From Micavibrio sp. TMED2 (lineage in GTDB: Bacteria > Pseudomonadota > Alphaproteobacteria > TMED2), in assembly GCA_002168225.1 (NCBI GenBank), contig NHBH01000009.1, positions 785,115 through 849,114 of the forward strand: DNA of 64,000 nucleotides, read 5' to 3'. Of the stretch, positions 8,252-18,808 are shown one piece after another (the stretch's first letter is position 1; every line of letters starts with the position of its first letter). The translations under genes and the position numbers were made by a program. The notes below the pieces were generated by a model. It made no database searches, was not told the origin of the DNA, and saw only the letters and a list, made by a program, of their open reading frames with translations.

Positions 8252-8920
8252 ATGAGCGAGCTATTTCGAGAAATCGATAGTGAGTTGCGACAAGACAAAG
8301 CGCGCGAATGGCTGTTGCGATACGGCCCGCGCATTCTGATCGTGTGCGTGATCGGAATTTTTCTTGTCGCCATCGGCGTCTATCTGCGTGAGCAGGAAAT
8401 GGAACGCCGGGAAGCTGCGACCGCTGAACTCATAGGTATCGTCGGTGAGGGGCCGCGCCCGACCGACCTTTCGGTCGAGCAACTCCAGCAATATGTCGCG
8501 AACACCAAGGGCGAGATTGCCGCAATCGGGCAGTTCCACCTCGCCGGTGAACTGGCACGTGATGGTGATGTCGATGGTGCTCTCGCCAATTACAAGGAGC
8601 TGGCGGCCAATAGCGACCTGACACAGGAGCTGCGTGATCTGGCCTCGCTCTACAGCATCATGCTGCGCATGAATGACGAGAGCCAGACGGCGGATGCCCT
8701 GATCGCCGAGCTGGCCCCACTGACCGGTGCTGATGTTGCCTGGAACCTGACGGCACAGGAACTGACCGCATTGCTGCATATCAAGAACGGGAATGAAGAG
8801 CAGGGGCGTCAGATCATTGCCGATCTGCTCGAGGTAACGAACCTGCCACTCGGCATGCGTCGTCGCTTGTTCCAATGGACGGAGATTTACGGTGAGCCTG
8901 CCAACCCTGAACAATCCTGA
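8252..8920 (+). CDS. yfgM: Membrane-anchored TPR-like protein, YfgM-like
   Basis: Single N-terminal TM (ILIVCVIGIFLVAIGVYL) followed by a helical TPR-like domain. Conserved position immediately upstream of bamB-der, as in the E. coli yfgM-bamB-der order. Start trimmed to ATG 8252. Confidence 0.7.
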   Translation: MSELFREIDSELRQDKAREWLLRYGPRILIVCVIGIFLVAIGVYLREQEMERREAATAELIGIVGEGPRPTDLSVEQLQQYVANTKGEIAAIGQFHLAGELARDGDVDGALANYKELAANSDLTQELRDLASLYSIMLRMNDESQTADALIAELAPLTGADVAWNLTAQELTALLHIKNGNEEQGRQIIADLLEVTNLPLGMRRRLFQWTEIYGEPANPEQS

Positions 8921-10259
8921 TCGGTTGCCTGTGTTTGCACGGACAGTCTGTGTCGCGCTTGGTCTGCTGGTTAGCCTGACCGCTTGCGATACAGTCGGCG
9001 ACTTCTTTGAGGATGACGCGCCGCCGCCATTGCCGGGCAAGCGCCTCTCCGTACTGCAGCTTGAAACCCAGCTTGAGCCTGACCCCGAACTGTCCCAGCT
9101 ACAGGTCTCGCTGCCGGGTGAGTTCGGCAACAGCCAGTGGCCACAGGCCGGTGGTTATCCGGACCACAATATGGGGCATCTGGCGCTCGGCCCGTTGCTG
9201 CAGGAAAAGTGGCGGGCAAATATCGGCACCGGCTCGTCCCGCAGTGTCCGTCTCGTTGCCCAGCCGGTGGTCAGTGATGGCCGGGTCTATACCCTCGATG
9301 CCGATGCTGGTCTGCGTGCCTATAATCTCGAGACCGGCCGCGAGCTGTGGTCGGTGGAAACCCGCCTCGACAATGAGGATGATGATGTCCTGACCGGTGG
9401 CATTGCCGTTGCCGGTGACCGGATTTTTGTTACCACGGGCTATGCCACCCTTGCGGCATTTGAAATCCAGAATGGCGGCGAGTTGTGGCGGCAGCGTCTG
9501 GCGGCCCCGTCGCGCGCGGCACCGACCGTGGTGCAGGGCAAGGTCTTTGTCCTGACCGTCGACAACCAGCTGTTCGCCTATGATGCCGAAACCGGCACTG
9601 TCGGCTGGAGCCACAGCGGTCTGAGCGAGGCTGCGGGCCTGCTCGGTGCGGCAAGCCCGGCATCCGATGGCACGGTTATCGTTGTCGGCTATTCCTCGGG
9701 TGAGCTCCATGGCCTGCGGGTCGAGAACGGATCATCGGTCTGGCAGGACAGCCTGGCCCCGGTCCGTCGCCTCGGCATGATGGCCAGCCTTGCCGATATT
9801 CAATCCATGCCGGTGATTGCTAATGGTACCGTCTATGCCATCAGCCACGCGTCGCGTTTCCTTGCGATTGATATCCGCAACGGCAACCGTCTCTGGCAGC
9901 GCCGTATCGGCAGCACGGCAAACCCGGTTGTGGCGGGCGATTTCATCTTCGTGCTGACCAATGAGAATGAGCTGGTTGCGATGACCCGGCAGGATGGGCG
10001 CATCCGCTGGACGCTGCAGCTGCCACGCTATGAGGATGAGGAGGACCGCGAGGACCCGATCATCTGGACGAGCCCGGTCCTGGCCGGTGGCCGTCTGATT
10101 GTGGCGGGCACCAATGATCAGGTGCTTGAACTGGACCCGAGTGATGGCAGTACCGTGCGCAGTTGGGAAAGCCGGGCGTCGGTTCTGGTTGATCCGGTGG
10201 TGGTTGACGGCTATCTGCTGCTGCTTGACGAGACCGGGCGTTTGACGGCCTATCACTAG
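8892..10259 (+). CDS. bamB: Outer-membrane protein assembly factor BamB (PQQ-like beta-propeller lipoprotein)
   Basis: Lipobox LTAC. Repeated PQQ-like propeller blades (VVSDGRVYTLDADAGLRAYNLETGRELW ...). GTG start with GGAG RBS. Precedes der. Confidence 0.85.
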   Translation: MSLPTLNNPDRLPVFARTVCVALGLLVSLTACDTVGDFFEDDAPPPLPGKRLSVLQLETQLEPDPELSQLQVSLPGEFGNSQWPQAGGYPDHNMGHLALGPLLQEKWRANIGTGSSRSVRLVAQPVVSDGRVYTLDADAGLRAYNLETGRELWSVETRLDNEDDDVLTGGIAVAGDRIFVTTGYATLAAFEIQNGGELWRQRLAAPSRAAPTVVQGKVFVLTVDNQLFAYDAETGTVGWSHSGLSEAAGLLGAASPASDGTVIVVGYSSGELHGLRVENGSSVWQDSLAPVRRLGMMASLADIQSMPVIANGTVYAISHASRFLAIDIRNGNRLWQRRIGSTANPVVAGDFIFVLTNENELVAMTRQDGRIRWTLQLPRYEDEEDREDPIIWTSPVLAGGRLIVAGTNDQVLELDPSDGSTVRSWESRASVLVDPVVVDGYLLLLDETGRLTAYH

Positions 10260-10304
10260 GTCGGGCTATTTCCGATCATCACCTTTAACCAACGGCATCA
10301 TGTC

Positions 10305-11870
10305 ATGAGCTTCACCGTCGCGCTGGTAGGCCGCCCCAATGTGGGCAAATCCACGCTGTTCAACCGGCTTGTCGGCAAGCGGGTAGCGCTTGTCCATGAC
10401 ACGCCGGGGCTGACCCGTGACTGGCGGCGCGGCACCGGGCGTATCGGCTCGCTCAATTTCGATGTGCTCGATACCGCGGGGCTTGAGGACGAGCCGGACG
10501 AGAAACTCGCGGGCCGGATGCGGCTCAAGACCGAGGAAGCACTCGGCCAAGCCGATGTTGCGCTGTTCCTGATCGATGCCCGTGCCGGTGTTACACCGCT
10601 GGATGAATTCTTCGCCAATAAGCTGCGTCGTCACAAGATCCCGGTGATCCTGATTGCCAACAAGGCCGAGGGCAAGGCCGGGGAGAGCGGGTATCTCGAG
10701 GCATATTCCCTCGGGCTTGGTGAGCCGCTGCGCCTGTCCGCCGAGCATGGCGATGGCATGAATGTGCTGTTCGATGCCCTGCTGCCTTATGAGGCCGCCG
10801 AGGTAACCGAAGCGATCCGCATGCAGACCGAGATCGAGGCCGATGGCTGGGCTGATGTGCCGGAAGAGTATGACGGGGATGATGATGAAGACGACCTCGA
10901 CGAGATAATTGACGAGGAAGGCGAGGGCGAAGCGGTTAAATCCACGAGCGGCATGGTCCTGCCCGAGGGCGTTGACCCTGAGATGATGATCATCGACGAG
11001 GCCGAGGAAGCCAGCCTCGCGGATCAGCTTGAGGCGGAGTTGCGCGCCCGGCCAATCCAGATGGCGATCATCGGTCGTCCGAATGCAGGCAAGTCGACAC
11101 TGGTCAATACCCTGCTGGGACAGGAACGGATGCTGACCGGGCCGGAGCCGGGTATCACCCGTGATGCCATTGCCAGCGACTGGACCTATGAGGGCTGGAC
11201 CTTCAATCTGGTCGATACCGCCGGTCTGCGTCGCCGTGCCAAGGTCACCGACCGTCTTGAGCAGATTGCCAATTCGAGCACGCTCAACAGCCTTGATATG
11301 GCACAGGTGGTTCTGTTGCTGGTCGATGCCAATGAAGGGCTGGACAAGCAGGACCTGACCATTGCCCGCCGGGTTATCAATGAGGGGCGGGCGCTGGTGA
11401 TCGGTGTCAATAAATGGGACGCGGTCGATGACCGGGCCATGACCCTGCGCGGGTTCGAGGACCGGTTGCAGACCTCACTGACCCAGGTTGCAGGTGTGCC
11501 GCTGGTGACGCTTTCCGGTCTGCGCGGCAAGGGCCTCGACAAGGTGATGGGCGCCGTGCTGCATGTCTATCAGCGCTGGAACACCCGTATTTCCACCGGT
11601 CGCCTCAACCGCTGGCTCGATGGCATGATCGGGGCGCATCCGCCACCGGCATCACAGGGGCGTCCGATCCGGCTGCGCTATATGACCCAGATCAAGAACC
11701 GGCCACCGCATTTCGCACTCTGGTGTTCGCGCCCGAAAGACCTGCCCGAGAGCTATCGCCGCTATCTCCTCAACGGGATGCGGGAGACATTCGATCTCGG
11801 TGGTGTGCCGATGCGGATTTCCATGCGCAAGGCCGACAACCCCTACGCACACAAGGCCCGCAAAACCTGA
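10305..11870 (+). CDS. der: Ribosome-biogenesis GTPase Der (EngA) with a long acidic insertion between the two GTPase domains
   Basis: Two G domains (GRPNVGKSTLFNRL and GRPNAGKSTLVNTL) plus a KH-like C-terminus. About 70-aa D/E-rich insert (DGDDDEDDLDEIIDEEGEGE). Confidence 0.9.
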   Translation: MSFTVALVGRPNVGKSTLFNRLVGKRVALVHDTPGLTRDWRRGTGRIGSLNFDVLDTAGLEDEPDEKLAGRMRLKTEEALGQADVALFLIDARAGVTPLDEFFANKLRRHKIPVILIANKAEGKAGESGYLEAYSLGLGEPLRLSAEHGDGMNVLFDALLPYEAAEVTEAIRMQTEIEADGWADVPEEYDGDDDEDDLDEIIDEEGEGEAVKSTSGMVLPEGVDPEMMIIDEAEEASLADQLEAELRARPIQMAIIGRPNAGKSTLVNTLLGQERMLTGPEPGITRDAIASDWTYEGWTFNLVDTAGLRRRAKVTDRLEQIANSSTLNSLDMAQVVLLLVDANEGLDKQDLTIARRVINEGRALVIGVNKWDAVDDRAMTLRGFEDRLQTSLTQVAGVPLVTLSGLRGKGLDKVMGAVLHVYQRWNTRISTGRLNRWLDGMIGAHPPPASQGRPIRLRYMTQIKNRPPHFALWCSRPKDLPESYRRYLLNGMRETFDLGGVPMRISMRKADNPYAHKARKT

Positions 11871-11876
11871 TCGTCA

Positions 11877-12578
11877 TCAGTCGAGGATGATCCGCTCGCC
11901 ATGGCGGGTGTCATCGGCGCTGGCAAGGGCGATGAAGGCATCTGTCCTTGTTGCCGGGTCCGGTTGCGTGCCCTCCGGCTCACCGGGGAAGGCAATCGCG
12001 CGCAGCTTGGTCGCCATCGGACCGGGATCAACCAGATTGACCCGCACCTTGCCATTCGGCACCTCGCTGGCATAACCCATGACCATGCGGTCAAACGCGG
12101 CCTTGCTGGCACCATAACCGCCCCAGAACGGTTGCTGATCGACAGCGGCAGCACAGGTAACGCCGATAAACCGGCCATTGCCGCTCAACTGCAGCAGCGG
12201 GTCCATGCTACGGATCAGGCGGTAGGGAGCCTGACAGTTGGTACGCCAGGCATCCTCGAACGGCTTGGGATTGCTTTGGGCGATCGGGCTGAGCGTGCCC
12301 ATATTGGCGGCATTGCTGATCACCACATCAATTTTGCCGAAGCGTTGGTGCAGGGCACCGCCCATGCGGTCGATGGCATCGCTGTCGCGCAGGTCGAGGG
12401 GCACGAGGGTTGCGTCCTGACCGGTGGCGGCTTTGATCTGATCGTCGAGAGCCTCAAGCCCGCCGACGGTGCGGGCCACGGCAATGATGTGGTAACCGGC
12501 CTTGGCAAAGGCGAGGCCGAGGGCAGCGCCGAGGCCGCGTGACGCCCCGGTAATCAGGCAGATGGGTTGGTCAGTCAT
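11877..12578 (-). CDS. SDR-family oxidoreductase
   Basis: TGASRGLG cofactor motif and catalytic YGASK region. Confidence 0.8.
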   Translation of the reverse strand: MTDQPICLITGASRGLGAALGLAFAKAGYHIIAVARTVGGLEALDDQIKAATGQDATLVPLDLRDSDAIDRMGGALHQRFGKIDVVISNAANMGTLSPIAQSNPKPFEDAWRTNCQAPYRLIRSMDPLLQLSGNGRFIGVTCAAAVDQQPFWGGYGASKAAFDRMVMGYASEVPNGKVRVNLVDPGPMATKLRAIAFPGEPEGTQPDPATRTDAFIALASADDTRHGERIILD

Positions 12579-12657
12579 GGATCAGGCAGGCGAAAGAAAA
12601 CGGGGAACAGCCGCCTATCCGGGCAGCCGCATGAAATCGGGCGTAGTTATGCAGAAT

Positions 12658-13326
12658 TTATCGGTTTATGCCACCACCGGGAACATAAACACCACCACCG
12701 GATTGCTGCTGTTGCTGCTGGACCGGGCGCGGGGCGTAGAGTGAACTCGCCGGTGCGCGCTGTGGTGATCCGGTCTGTCCGGCATAGCTGCCGCTGCCAT
12801 CACTGTTTGGTAAGGTGACATTGGGTAGGTTGCGCAGATTATCAGGCAGGCGGCGCGGGTCAGCCGGTGCCATGCTGTTCGGCTGTGCCGCCTGATACTG
12901 GCGCAGGGCCTCCATCGGGGTGATGCCGGTGCTGAATGGCTTGAAAGCAGGCTCGTTTGGCATTTCAAGATTGGCGCACATCTTCCACATGGGGATGGCA
13001 TCCGGCCATTTCTGGGAGCACTCGATCAGAACTCGGTAATGGTCGCTGTTCGGCGGGTAGCTGTTGACCAGTTTGATGTAGTCTTCGAGCTGTTTGATAC
13101 TATCCTTGCGGCACTGCTCTTCGCGTGGCTGATCGTCGGCCCATGCCTCGTTACACATGTTGACGATGCGTTGACGGAGCTCATCCATCTGTCCGCCCTG
13201 TTGCGCATTGGCGGTACCCGGCAGTGTTGTGGAGAGCAGCGATGCGGCGGTGAATACGCCAATAGCGAATTTGACGATATGACCTGAAACGCCTGAAACG
13301 GACAGCGTTGTCTGTTGGATGCGCAT
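12658..13326 (-). CDS. Secreted hypothetical protein (signal peptide, 4 Cys, Gln-rich C-terminus)
   Basis: Start trimmed to the internal ATG at 13326 (MRIQQTTLSVSGVSGHIVKFAIGVFTAASLLSTTLPGTANA signal). C-terminal PVQQQQQQSGGG low-complexity tail. The longer ORF-track start would overlap purF. Confidence 0.5.
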   Translation of the reverse strand: MRIQQTTLSVSGVSGHIVKFAIGVFTAASLLSTTLPGTANAQQGGQMDELRQRIVNMCNEAWADDQPREEQCRKDSIKQLEDYIKLVNSYPPNSDHYRVLIECSQKWPDAIPMWKMCANLEMPNEPAFKPFSTGITPMEALRQYQAAQPNSMAPADPRRLPDNLRNLPNVTLPNSDGSGSYAGQTGSPQRAPASSLYAPRPVQQQQQQSGGGVYVPGGGINR

Positions 13327-13445
13327 GATCTCGGTGTTTCCCACTGAACCGGTTTGTTTCACCCGATATTTGCACAAAGCGGCTGAATTTCCCAAGTCTA
13401 AACAGCCCTTCACGGAAATATCAGATGCCACCGATGCGCGGTACG

Positions 13446-14939
13446 TCACGCCTGACGACGGACCTGTACACTCTCGGTACCGATTGCTTCTTTTGCTGCC
13501 TTGTCGGTCAAGCGAACCGGATAATCGCCGGTGAAGCACGCGTCACAGAACTGTGGCTGGTTGGTATTGCGCTTGGCCTCGCCAACGGCGCGGTACAGCC
13601 CGTCAATGGAGACAAAGCTGAGGCTGTCGGCATTAATCATTTCCGCCATCTTCTTCACCGAATACTGGTGCGCCAGCAGCTTGTCCTGACTTGGCGTATC
13701 AACGCCGTAGAAGCAGCTGTGGGTGGTTGGCGGGCTGGAGATGCGCATATGGACCGCCGAGGCACCGGCAGCGCGGATCATCTCGACAATCTTTTTGGAG
13801 GTAGTGCCACGCACGATGCTGTCATCGACGAGAACCACGCGCTTGCCTTCGATCAGGCGGCGGTTGGCATTATGCTTGAGTTTGACGCCGAGGTGGCGGA
13901 TTTCATCGGTCGGCTCAATGAAGGTACGACCAACATAGTGGTTGCGGATGATGCCCAACTCGAACGGGATGCCTGACTGCTCGGCAAAGCCGATGGCCGA
14001 TGGCACGCCGCTGTCCGGTACCGGTACGACCACATCGGCGAGGGCCGGGCTTTCCTTGGCCAGTTCGCGCCCGATCTGCTTGCGTACCTCATAGACCGAC
14101 TGGTCGGCGAAGAAGCTGTCGGGGCGTGAGAAATAGACATATTCAAAGATACAGAAGCGTGAGTTCTGTTCGTTGAACGGGCGCATGGTCTGCAGGCCGT
14201 TCTTGTCGACCACGACCATTTCACCGGGCTCGATGTCACGGATGAAGGTCGCGCCGATAATATCGAGGGCACAGGTCTCAGAAGACAGCACATAGCTGTC
14301 GCCGAGCTTGCCGAGCACCAGTGGCCGGATGCCAAGTGGATCACGGGCACCGATCATCTGTTCATTAGTCATGCAGACGACGGAATAGGCACCTTCAAGC
14401 TGGCGCATCGCCTCGACCAGACGGTCGATAACGCTGGCACCACGGGCGAGGGCCATCAGGTGAATGATCACCTCGGTATCAGTGGTTGCCTGAAAGATCG
14501 AGCCACGGCGAACCAGTTGCTCGCGGACCGTCAGGGCATTGGTGATATTGCCGTTCTGACCGAGGGCAAAGCCGCCGAATTCCATTTCCGCGAACAGCGG
14601 CTGTACATTGCTGGCCTGTTGTGAGCCGCCGGTGGTGGCATACCGGTTGTGGCCAATGGCGATATGGCCCCTGAGCTGCTCGATCACTTCCCGCTTGGAG
14701 AAATGGTCGCCGACATGACCGAGGGCGCGGTGGGAAAAGAAGTCATCGCCATCGGTGGAGATGATCCCGGTGCCTTCCTGACCGCGGTGCTGGAGCGCAT
14801 GCAGACCGAGCGCCGTCAGGGCGGCGGCATCCTCATGTCCGAAGATGCCAAAGACGCCGCATTCCTCGCGCAGCTTGTCATCATCAAACGGATTGGTCGT
14901 AAAACCAGCGTCGGTAGTAGTGCAGTCAGTCATCGCCAT
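13446..14939 (-). CDS. purF: Amidophosphoribosyltransferase
   Basis: N-terminal nucleophile Cys (MAMTDC... CGVFGIFG), PRPP-binding region, full length 497 aa. Confidence 0.92.
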   Translation of the reverse strand: MAMTDCTTTDAGFTTNPFDDDKLREECGVFGIFGHEDAAALTALGLHALQHRGQEGTGIISTDGDDFFSHRALGHVGDHFSKREVIEQLRGHIAIGHNRYATTGGSQQASNVQPLFAEMEFGGFALGQNGNITNALTVREQLVRRGSIFQATTDTEVIIHLMALARGASVIDRLVEAMRQLEGAYSVVCMTNEQMIGARDPLGIRPLVLGKLGDSYVLSSETCALDIIGATFIRDIEPGEMVVVDKNGLQTMRPFNEQNSRFCIFEYVYFSRPDSFFADQSVYEVRKQIGRELAKESPALADVVVPVPDSGVPSAIGFAEQSGIPFELGIIRNHYVGRTFIEPTDEIRHLGVKLKHNANRRLIEGKRVVLVDDSIVRGTTSKKIVEMIRAAGASAVHMRISSPPTTHSCFYGVDTPSQDKLLAHQYSVKKMAEMINADSLSFVSIDGLYRAVGEAKRNTNQPQFCDACFTGDYPVRLTDKAAKEAIGTESVQVRRQA

Positions 14940-14982
14940 ATCACTAATCCTAAGGCCGTTTCGGGGCAGGCTGGTCGGTTAA

Positions 14983-15744
14983 CTATCTGTTGGCGTCTAA
15001 TAAGGCCTCAATGGCCTTTCGTTCAATCTCTTTATAGCCGTCACGCAGCAGCGTTGCATCATCATCTTGGCCGGATGCGCCGTTTTCATCGCTGTCGGAT
15101 GCCTTGCCGTCTTCATCTGCGGATGGCTTGTTCTCGTCTATCGTCTTGACCTCATCCAGCGTTGGACGCGGGCCTGCGCTCTCTTTCGCTGGCTCCAGTG
15201 CCTCGTCCAGCCCGATAGCGGCGACGGTTTCCTCAGGCAGTAACTGTATAATTGTGTTGGCACCGAGCAGGATCAAGTTTCCAGATCGTGCTTCCGAGAT
15301 TGCCGCCTCAACCGATTGCGGGTTGGAGACCAAGAGCAGCACGATATAGGTCAGGCAGATAATCAGTGCACCACGCACCAGCCCGAAGGCAAAGCCGAGG
15401 GAGCGATCAAGCGCGCTCAGACTTGATTTGCGGATCGCCTTGGAGATTTGACCGGAGATAAGCGCCATGATCGCCGCGACGATAATGAAGATAACGGTGC
15501 CGGTCACCGCCTTGGATATCCAGCCCGCCGGAATGAACTCCTCAACGAAGGGCAGGGCGTAGGGCATGGCAGCGGCGGAAACGAACAGCGCCGTCACCAC
15601 ATTCACCACCTGAAAGAACTCCTTGGTGAAACCGCGGAACAATGCCAGCAGTCCAGAGAGCAGCAGGGTGGCGAGGGCGGCGGCATCCACCCAGTGAAAG
15701 GCCGGTATGGTGCCGGCAACAACATTGGCCGCTTCGTTTTCCAT
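14983..15744 (-). CDS. cvpA: CvpA-family membrane protein (colicin V production protein)
   Basis: Multiple TM helices. Conserved cvpA-purF pairing. C-terminal acidic tail. 1-nt TGATG overlap with the radA stop. Confidence 0.8.
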   Translation of the reverse strand: MENEAANVVAGTIPAFHWVDAAALATLLLSGLLALFRGFTKEFFQVVNVVTALFVSAAAMPYALPFVEEFIPAGWISKAVTGTVIFIIVAAIMALISGQISKAIRKSSLSALDRSLGFAFGLVRGALIICLTYIVLLLVSNPQSVEAAISEARSGNLILLGANTIIQLLPEETVAAIGLDEALEPAKESAGPRPTLDEVKTIDENKPSADEDGKASDSDENGASGQDDDATLLRDGYKEIERKAIEALLDANR

Positions 15745-17168
15745 CAGGCAACATGCTCCCGGTTGCTGCTGTCGCTTGCAGCATGATTTTCATCGGCATA
15801 GTCGATTGCTTGCGGCAGGTCGCCGACCGTGTGAAAGGTCTCAATCGCTATGCCTTCGATTGTTTTCTTGCCCTGTTTTCCCTGCACGCTCTTGGGCATC
15901 CAGGCACGGGTGAAGCCAAGCTTCTGGGCTTCCTTGGCGCGGGCATCGGCGCGGGCGACCGAGCGGACCTCGCCGGTCAGGCCGATTTCCCCGAATACCA
16001 CTGTGCCGGATGGTGCGGGCTTTTCCTTCAGCGCGCTGATGAGGGCAACAGCAACGGCGAGGTCGGCTGCCGGTTCGTTGATCCGCAGCCCACCGGCGAC
16101 GTTGAGATAGATGTCTTCGGTATGGAAGGTCAGCCCGCAACGGGTTTCCAGCACGGCAAGGATCATCGCCAGCCGGTTGCTGTCCCAGCCAACCACGGCG
16201 CGGCGCGGTGTGCCATAGGCGCTGGGCGCGACCAGTGCCTGTATTTCGACCAGCAGCGGGCGGGTGCCCTCGATCCCGGCGAAGACGCAGGTGCCGGGCA
16301 CCTGTTCCCGACGGTCGGCGAGGAACAGGGCTGAGGGGTTGGCTACCTCGCTAAGGCCAGCTTCGATCATTTCAAACACGCCGATTTCATCGGTGGCACC
16401 GAAGCGGTTTTTGACCGTGCGCAGGATGCGGAACGGATGGCCGCGCTCGCCCTCGAAATACAGCACGGTATCGACCATGTGTTCGAGCACACGGGGACCG
16501 GCGAGGGTGCCTTCCTTGGTCACATGACCGATCAGAATAATGGCGATATTGCGTTGCTTGGCGATCCGGATCATTTCCTGCGCCGAGGCCCGGACCTGTC
16601 CGACGCTGCCGGGGGCGCTGTCGATGGTATCGACAAACATGGTCTGGATTGAGTCGATAATCAGGATATCCGGGCGGTCGGTATCATTCATGGTGGCGAC
16701 GATATCGCGGACCGAGGTAGCCGCGGCCAGTTGCACCGGTGCCTGTGACAGGCCGAGCCGGGCGGCCCGCATACGGATCTGTTCCAGACCTTCCTCGCCG
16801 GAGATATAGGCGACCTTCAGGCTCTGGGACAACGCGCCCGCAACCTGCAGCATCAGGGTCGATTTGCCGATGCCGGGATCGCCGCCAACCAGAAGCGCGC
16901 CGCCGGGCACAACACCGCCGCCGCAGACCCGGTCAAACTCGCCGATGCCGGTGAGGTGGCGGGTAACATCGGTGCTTTTGGCCTGCAGATCGGCAAATTC
17001 GATTGCCTTGCCCTTGGCGCTGCGATTTTTCAGGCCACCGGGATTGAGGTCTTCCGTGCTCTCCTCGACCAGCGAATTCCAGGCACCGCAGCCATCGCAT
17101 TTGCCGACCCATTGACCATGGGCAGTCCCGCATTCCTGACAGACGAAGCTGGGGCGTTTTCTGGCCAT
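15744..17168 (-). CDS. radA: DNA repair protein RadA (Sms)
   Basis: N-terminal C4 zinc finger (CQECGTAHGQWVGKCDGCGAWN), Walker A GDPGIGKST, KNRFG signature, Lon-like C-terminal domain. Confidence 0.92.
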   Translation of the reverse strand: MARKRPSFVCQECGTAHGQWVGKCDGCGAWNSLVEESTEDLNPGGLKNRSAKGKAIEFADLQAKSTDVTRHLTGIGEFDRVCGGGVVPGGALLVGGDPGIGKSTLMLQVAGALSQSLKVAYISGEEGLEQIRMRAARLGLSQAPVQLAAATSVRDIVATMNDTDRPDILIIDSIQTMFVDTIDSAPGSVGQVRASAQEMIRIAKQRNIAIILIGHVTKEGTLAGPRVLEHMVDTVLYFEGERGHPFRILRTVKNRFGATDEIGVFEMIEAGLSEVANPSALFLADRREQVPGTCVFAGIEGTRPLLVEIQALVAPSAYGTPRRAVVGWDSNRLAMILAVLETRCGLTFHTEDIYLNVAGGLRINEPAADLAVAVALISALKEKPAPSGTVVFGEIGLTGEVRSVARADARAKEAQKLGFTRAWMPKSVQGKQGKKTIEGIAIETFHTVGDLPQAIDYADENHAASDSSNREHVA

Positions 17169-17977
17169 TATCCCGCTTTCACCTGCATGGCGATCGGGCC
17201 TTCGGCGCTGCCGGTGACGAATTGTTCGACATAGGGATTGCCGGAGTTGTCGATCTGGTCAACCGGACCGTTCCAGATCAGCTCGCCCTCATAGAGCATG
17301 ACAATACGGTCGGCGATCTTGCGGGCGCTGGCCATGTCGTGCGTAATTGATACCGCCGTTGCGCCGAGCGCCTTGACCTGTTCGTTGATCAGCTTGTTGA
17401 TCACGTCGCTCATGATCGGGTCGAGGCCGGTGGTTGGCTCATCGAAGAAGATGATCTCGGGATTGCCGGCAATGGCGCGGGCGAGGCCGACGCGCTTCTG
17501 CATCCCGCCAGAGAGTTCCGCCGGAAACAGATTGGCAACGTCGCTTTTGAGGCCGACCGCCGCCAGCTTCTCAACCGCAACATCACGGGCGGCGGCGCGC
17601 GCCATCTTCTTGCCCTGGATCAGGCCAAAGGCGACATTTTCCCAGACGCTCAGACTGTCAAACAGGGCGGCACCCTGAAACAGCATGCCGAAGCGACCGA
17701 ACTGTTCTTCCTGTTTCTTGCCGCGCAGACCGGTGGTTTCCTCGCCATCGATTTTGATGCTGCCACTATCGGGCTGCATCAGGCCGAGAATACATTTGAG
17801 CAGTACGGATTTGCCGGTGCCAGACCCGCCGATGACGACAACGGATTCGCCCTTGCCGACGGTCAGGTCGAGGCCGCGCAGCACATGCTTCGGACCGAAT
17901 GACTTCTTAAGGTCATTGATCTCGATTTTTGGCTCAACGCCTGTGGCGGCGTCGATAGTGGAAAGCGTCTGGTTCAT
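17168..17977 (-). CDS. mlaF: ABC transporter ATP-binding protein, MlaF-like
   Basis: Walker A GGSGTGKS, ABC signature LSGGMQKR, Walker B IIFFDEPT. Start trimmed to ATG 17977 (ATGA overlap with the mlaE stop). 1-nt overlap with the radA start. Confidence 0.8.
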   Translation of the reverse strand: MNQTLSTIDAATGVEPKIEINDLKKSFGPKHVLRGLDLTVGKGESVVVIGGSGTGKSVLLKCILGLMQPDSGSIKIDGEETTGLRGKKQEEQFGRFGMLFQGAALFDSLSVWENVAFGLIQGKKMARAAARDVAVEKLAAVGLKSDVANLFPAELSGGMQKRVGLARAIAGNPEIIFFDEPTTGLDPIMSDVINKLINEQVKALGATAVSITHDMASARKIADRIVMLYEGELIWNGPVDQIDNSGNPYVEQFVTGSAEGPIAMQVKAG

Positions 17978-18765
17978 CCGGCAAAGAACAGTTCGGTAAT
18001 AAGGTAATTGAGGGTCAGGATCAGGATCGAGGCGGTCACCACGGCATTGGTGGTGGCCTTGCCGACACCCTGCGCGCCGCGACCGGAATGATAGCCCTGA
18101 TAGCAACCCATGAGCGCGATCACAAAGCCGAAGGCCGATGCCTTGACCAGACCGGAGATAACGTCGATCGGCTCAAGGTATTCCACCGTGCTTTTCAGAT
18201 AGGCGGCACTGTTGAAATCGAGGATATGCACGCCGACCAGATAGCCGCCCATGACGCCGATGCTGTCAGCGATGATGACCAGCAGGGGCAGGGTGATGGC
18301 ACCGGCGAGCAGGCGCGGGGCGATCAGGTATTTGAACGGGTTGGTGGACAGGGTCCAGAGCGCGTCGATCTGCTCGGTTACGCGCATGGTGCCGATTTCA
18401 GCGGCGGTGGCGGCACCGACCCGTCCCGCAACCATTAGTCCGGCCAGCACGGGGCCAAGCTCACGGGTCATGGACAGAACGACAACCGTGGCAACTGCAC
18501 CCTCGGCCTGAAAGCGCGAGAAGCCGGTATGGCTCTGCAGGGCCAGCACCATGCCGGTAAACAGCGCGGTCAGGCCGACCACCGGCAGGGAGTAGAAGCC
18601 CATCTGCATCAGCTGGCGACCGATCAGCCGCGGGAAATACGGCGGTGTCAGAACATGACAGATGGCCTTGCCGGTAAACAGCCCGAAGCGACCGAGCTGG
18701 GCCAGAAGGCCGAGAAAGGCGGCGCCGATCATGGCGATTGGATTGACGGTCTGACTGCTGGCCAT
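17974..18765 (-). CDS. mlaE: ABC transporter permease, MlaE-like
   Basis: About 260-aa polytopic permease of the MlaE/Ttg2B type. Start trimmed to ATG 18765. Confidence 0.8.
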   Translation of the reverse strand: MASSQTVNPIAMIGAAFLGLLAQLGRFGLFTGKAICHVLTPPYFPRLIGRQLMQMGFYSLPVVGLTALFTGMVLALQSHTGFSRFQAEGAVATVVVLSMTRELGPVLAGLMVAGRVGAATAAEIGTMRVTEQIDALWTLSTNPFKYLIAPRLLAGAITLPLLVIIADSIGVMGGYLVGVHILDFNSAAYLKSTVEYLEPIDVISGLVKASAFGFVIALMGCYQGYHSGRGAQGVGKATTNAVVTASILILTLNYLITELFFAG

Positions 18766-18808
18766 TGCTTGATGCTTGTCCGAAAAATACAGGCTTGGAT
18801 ACGGGGGA

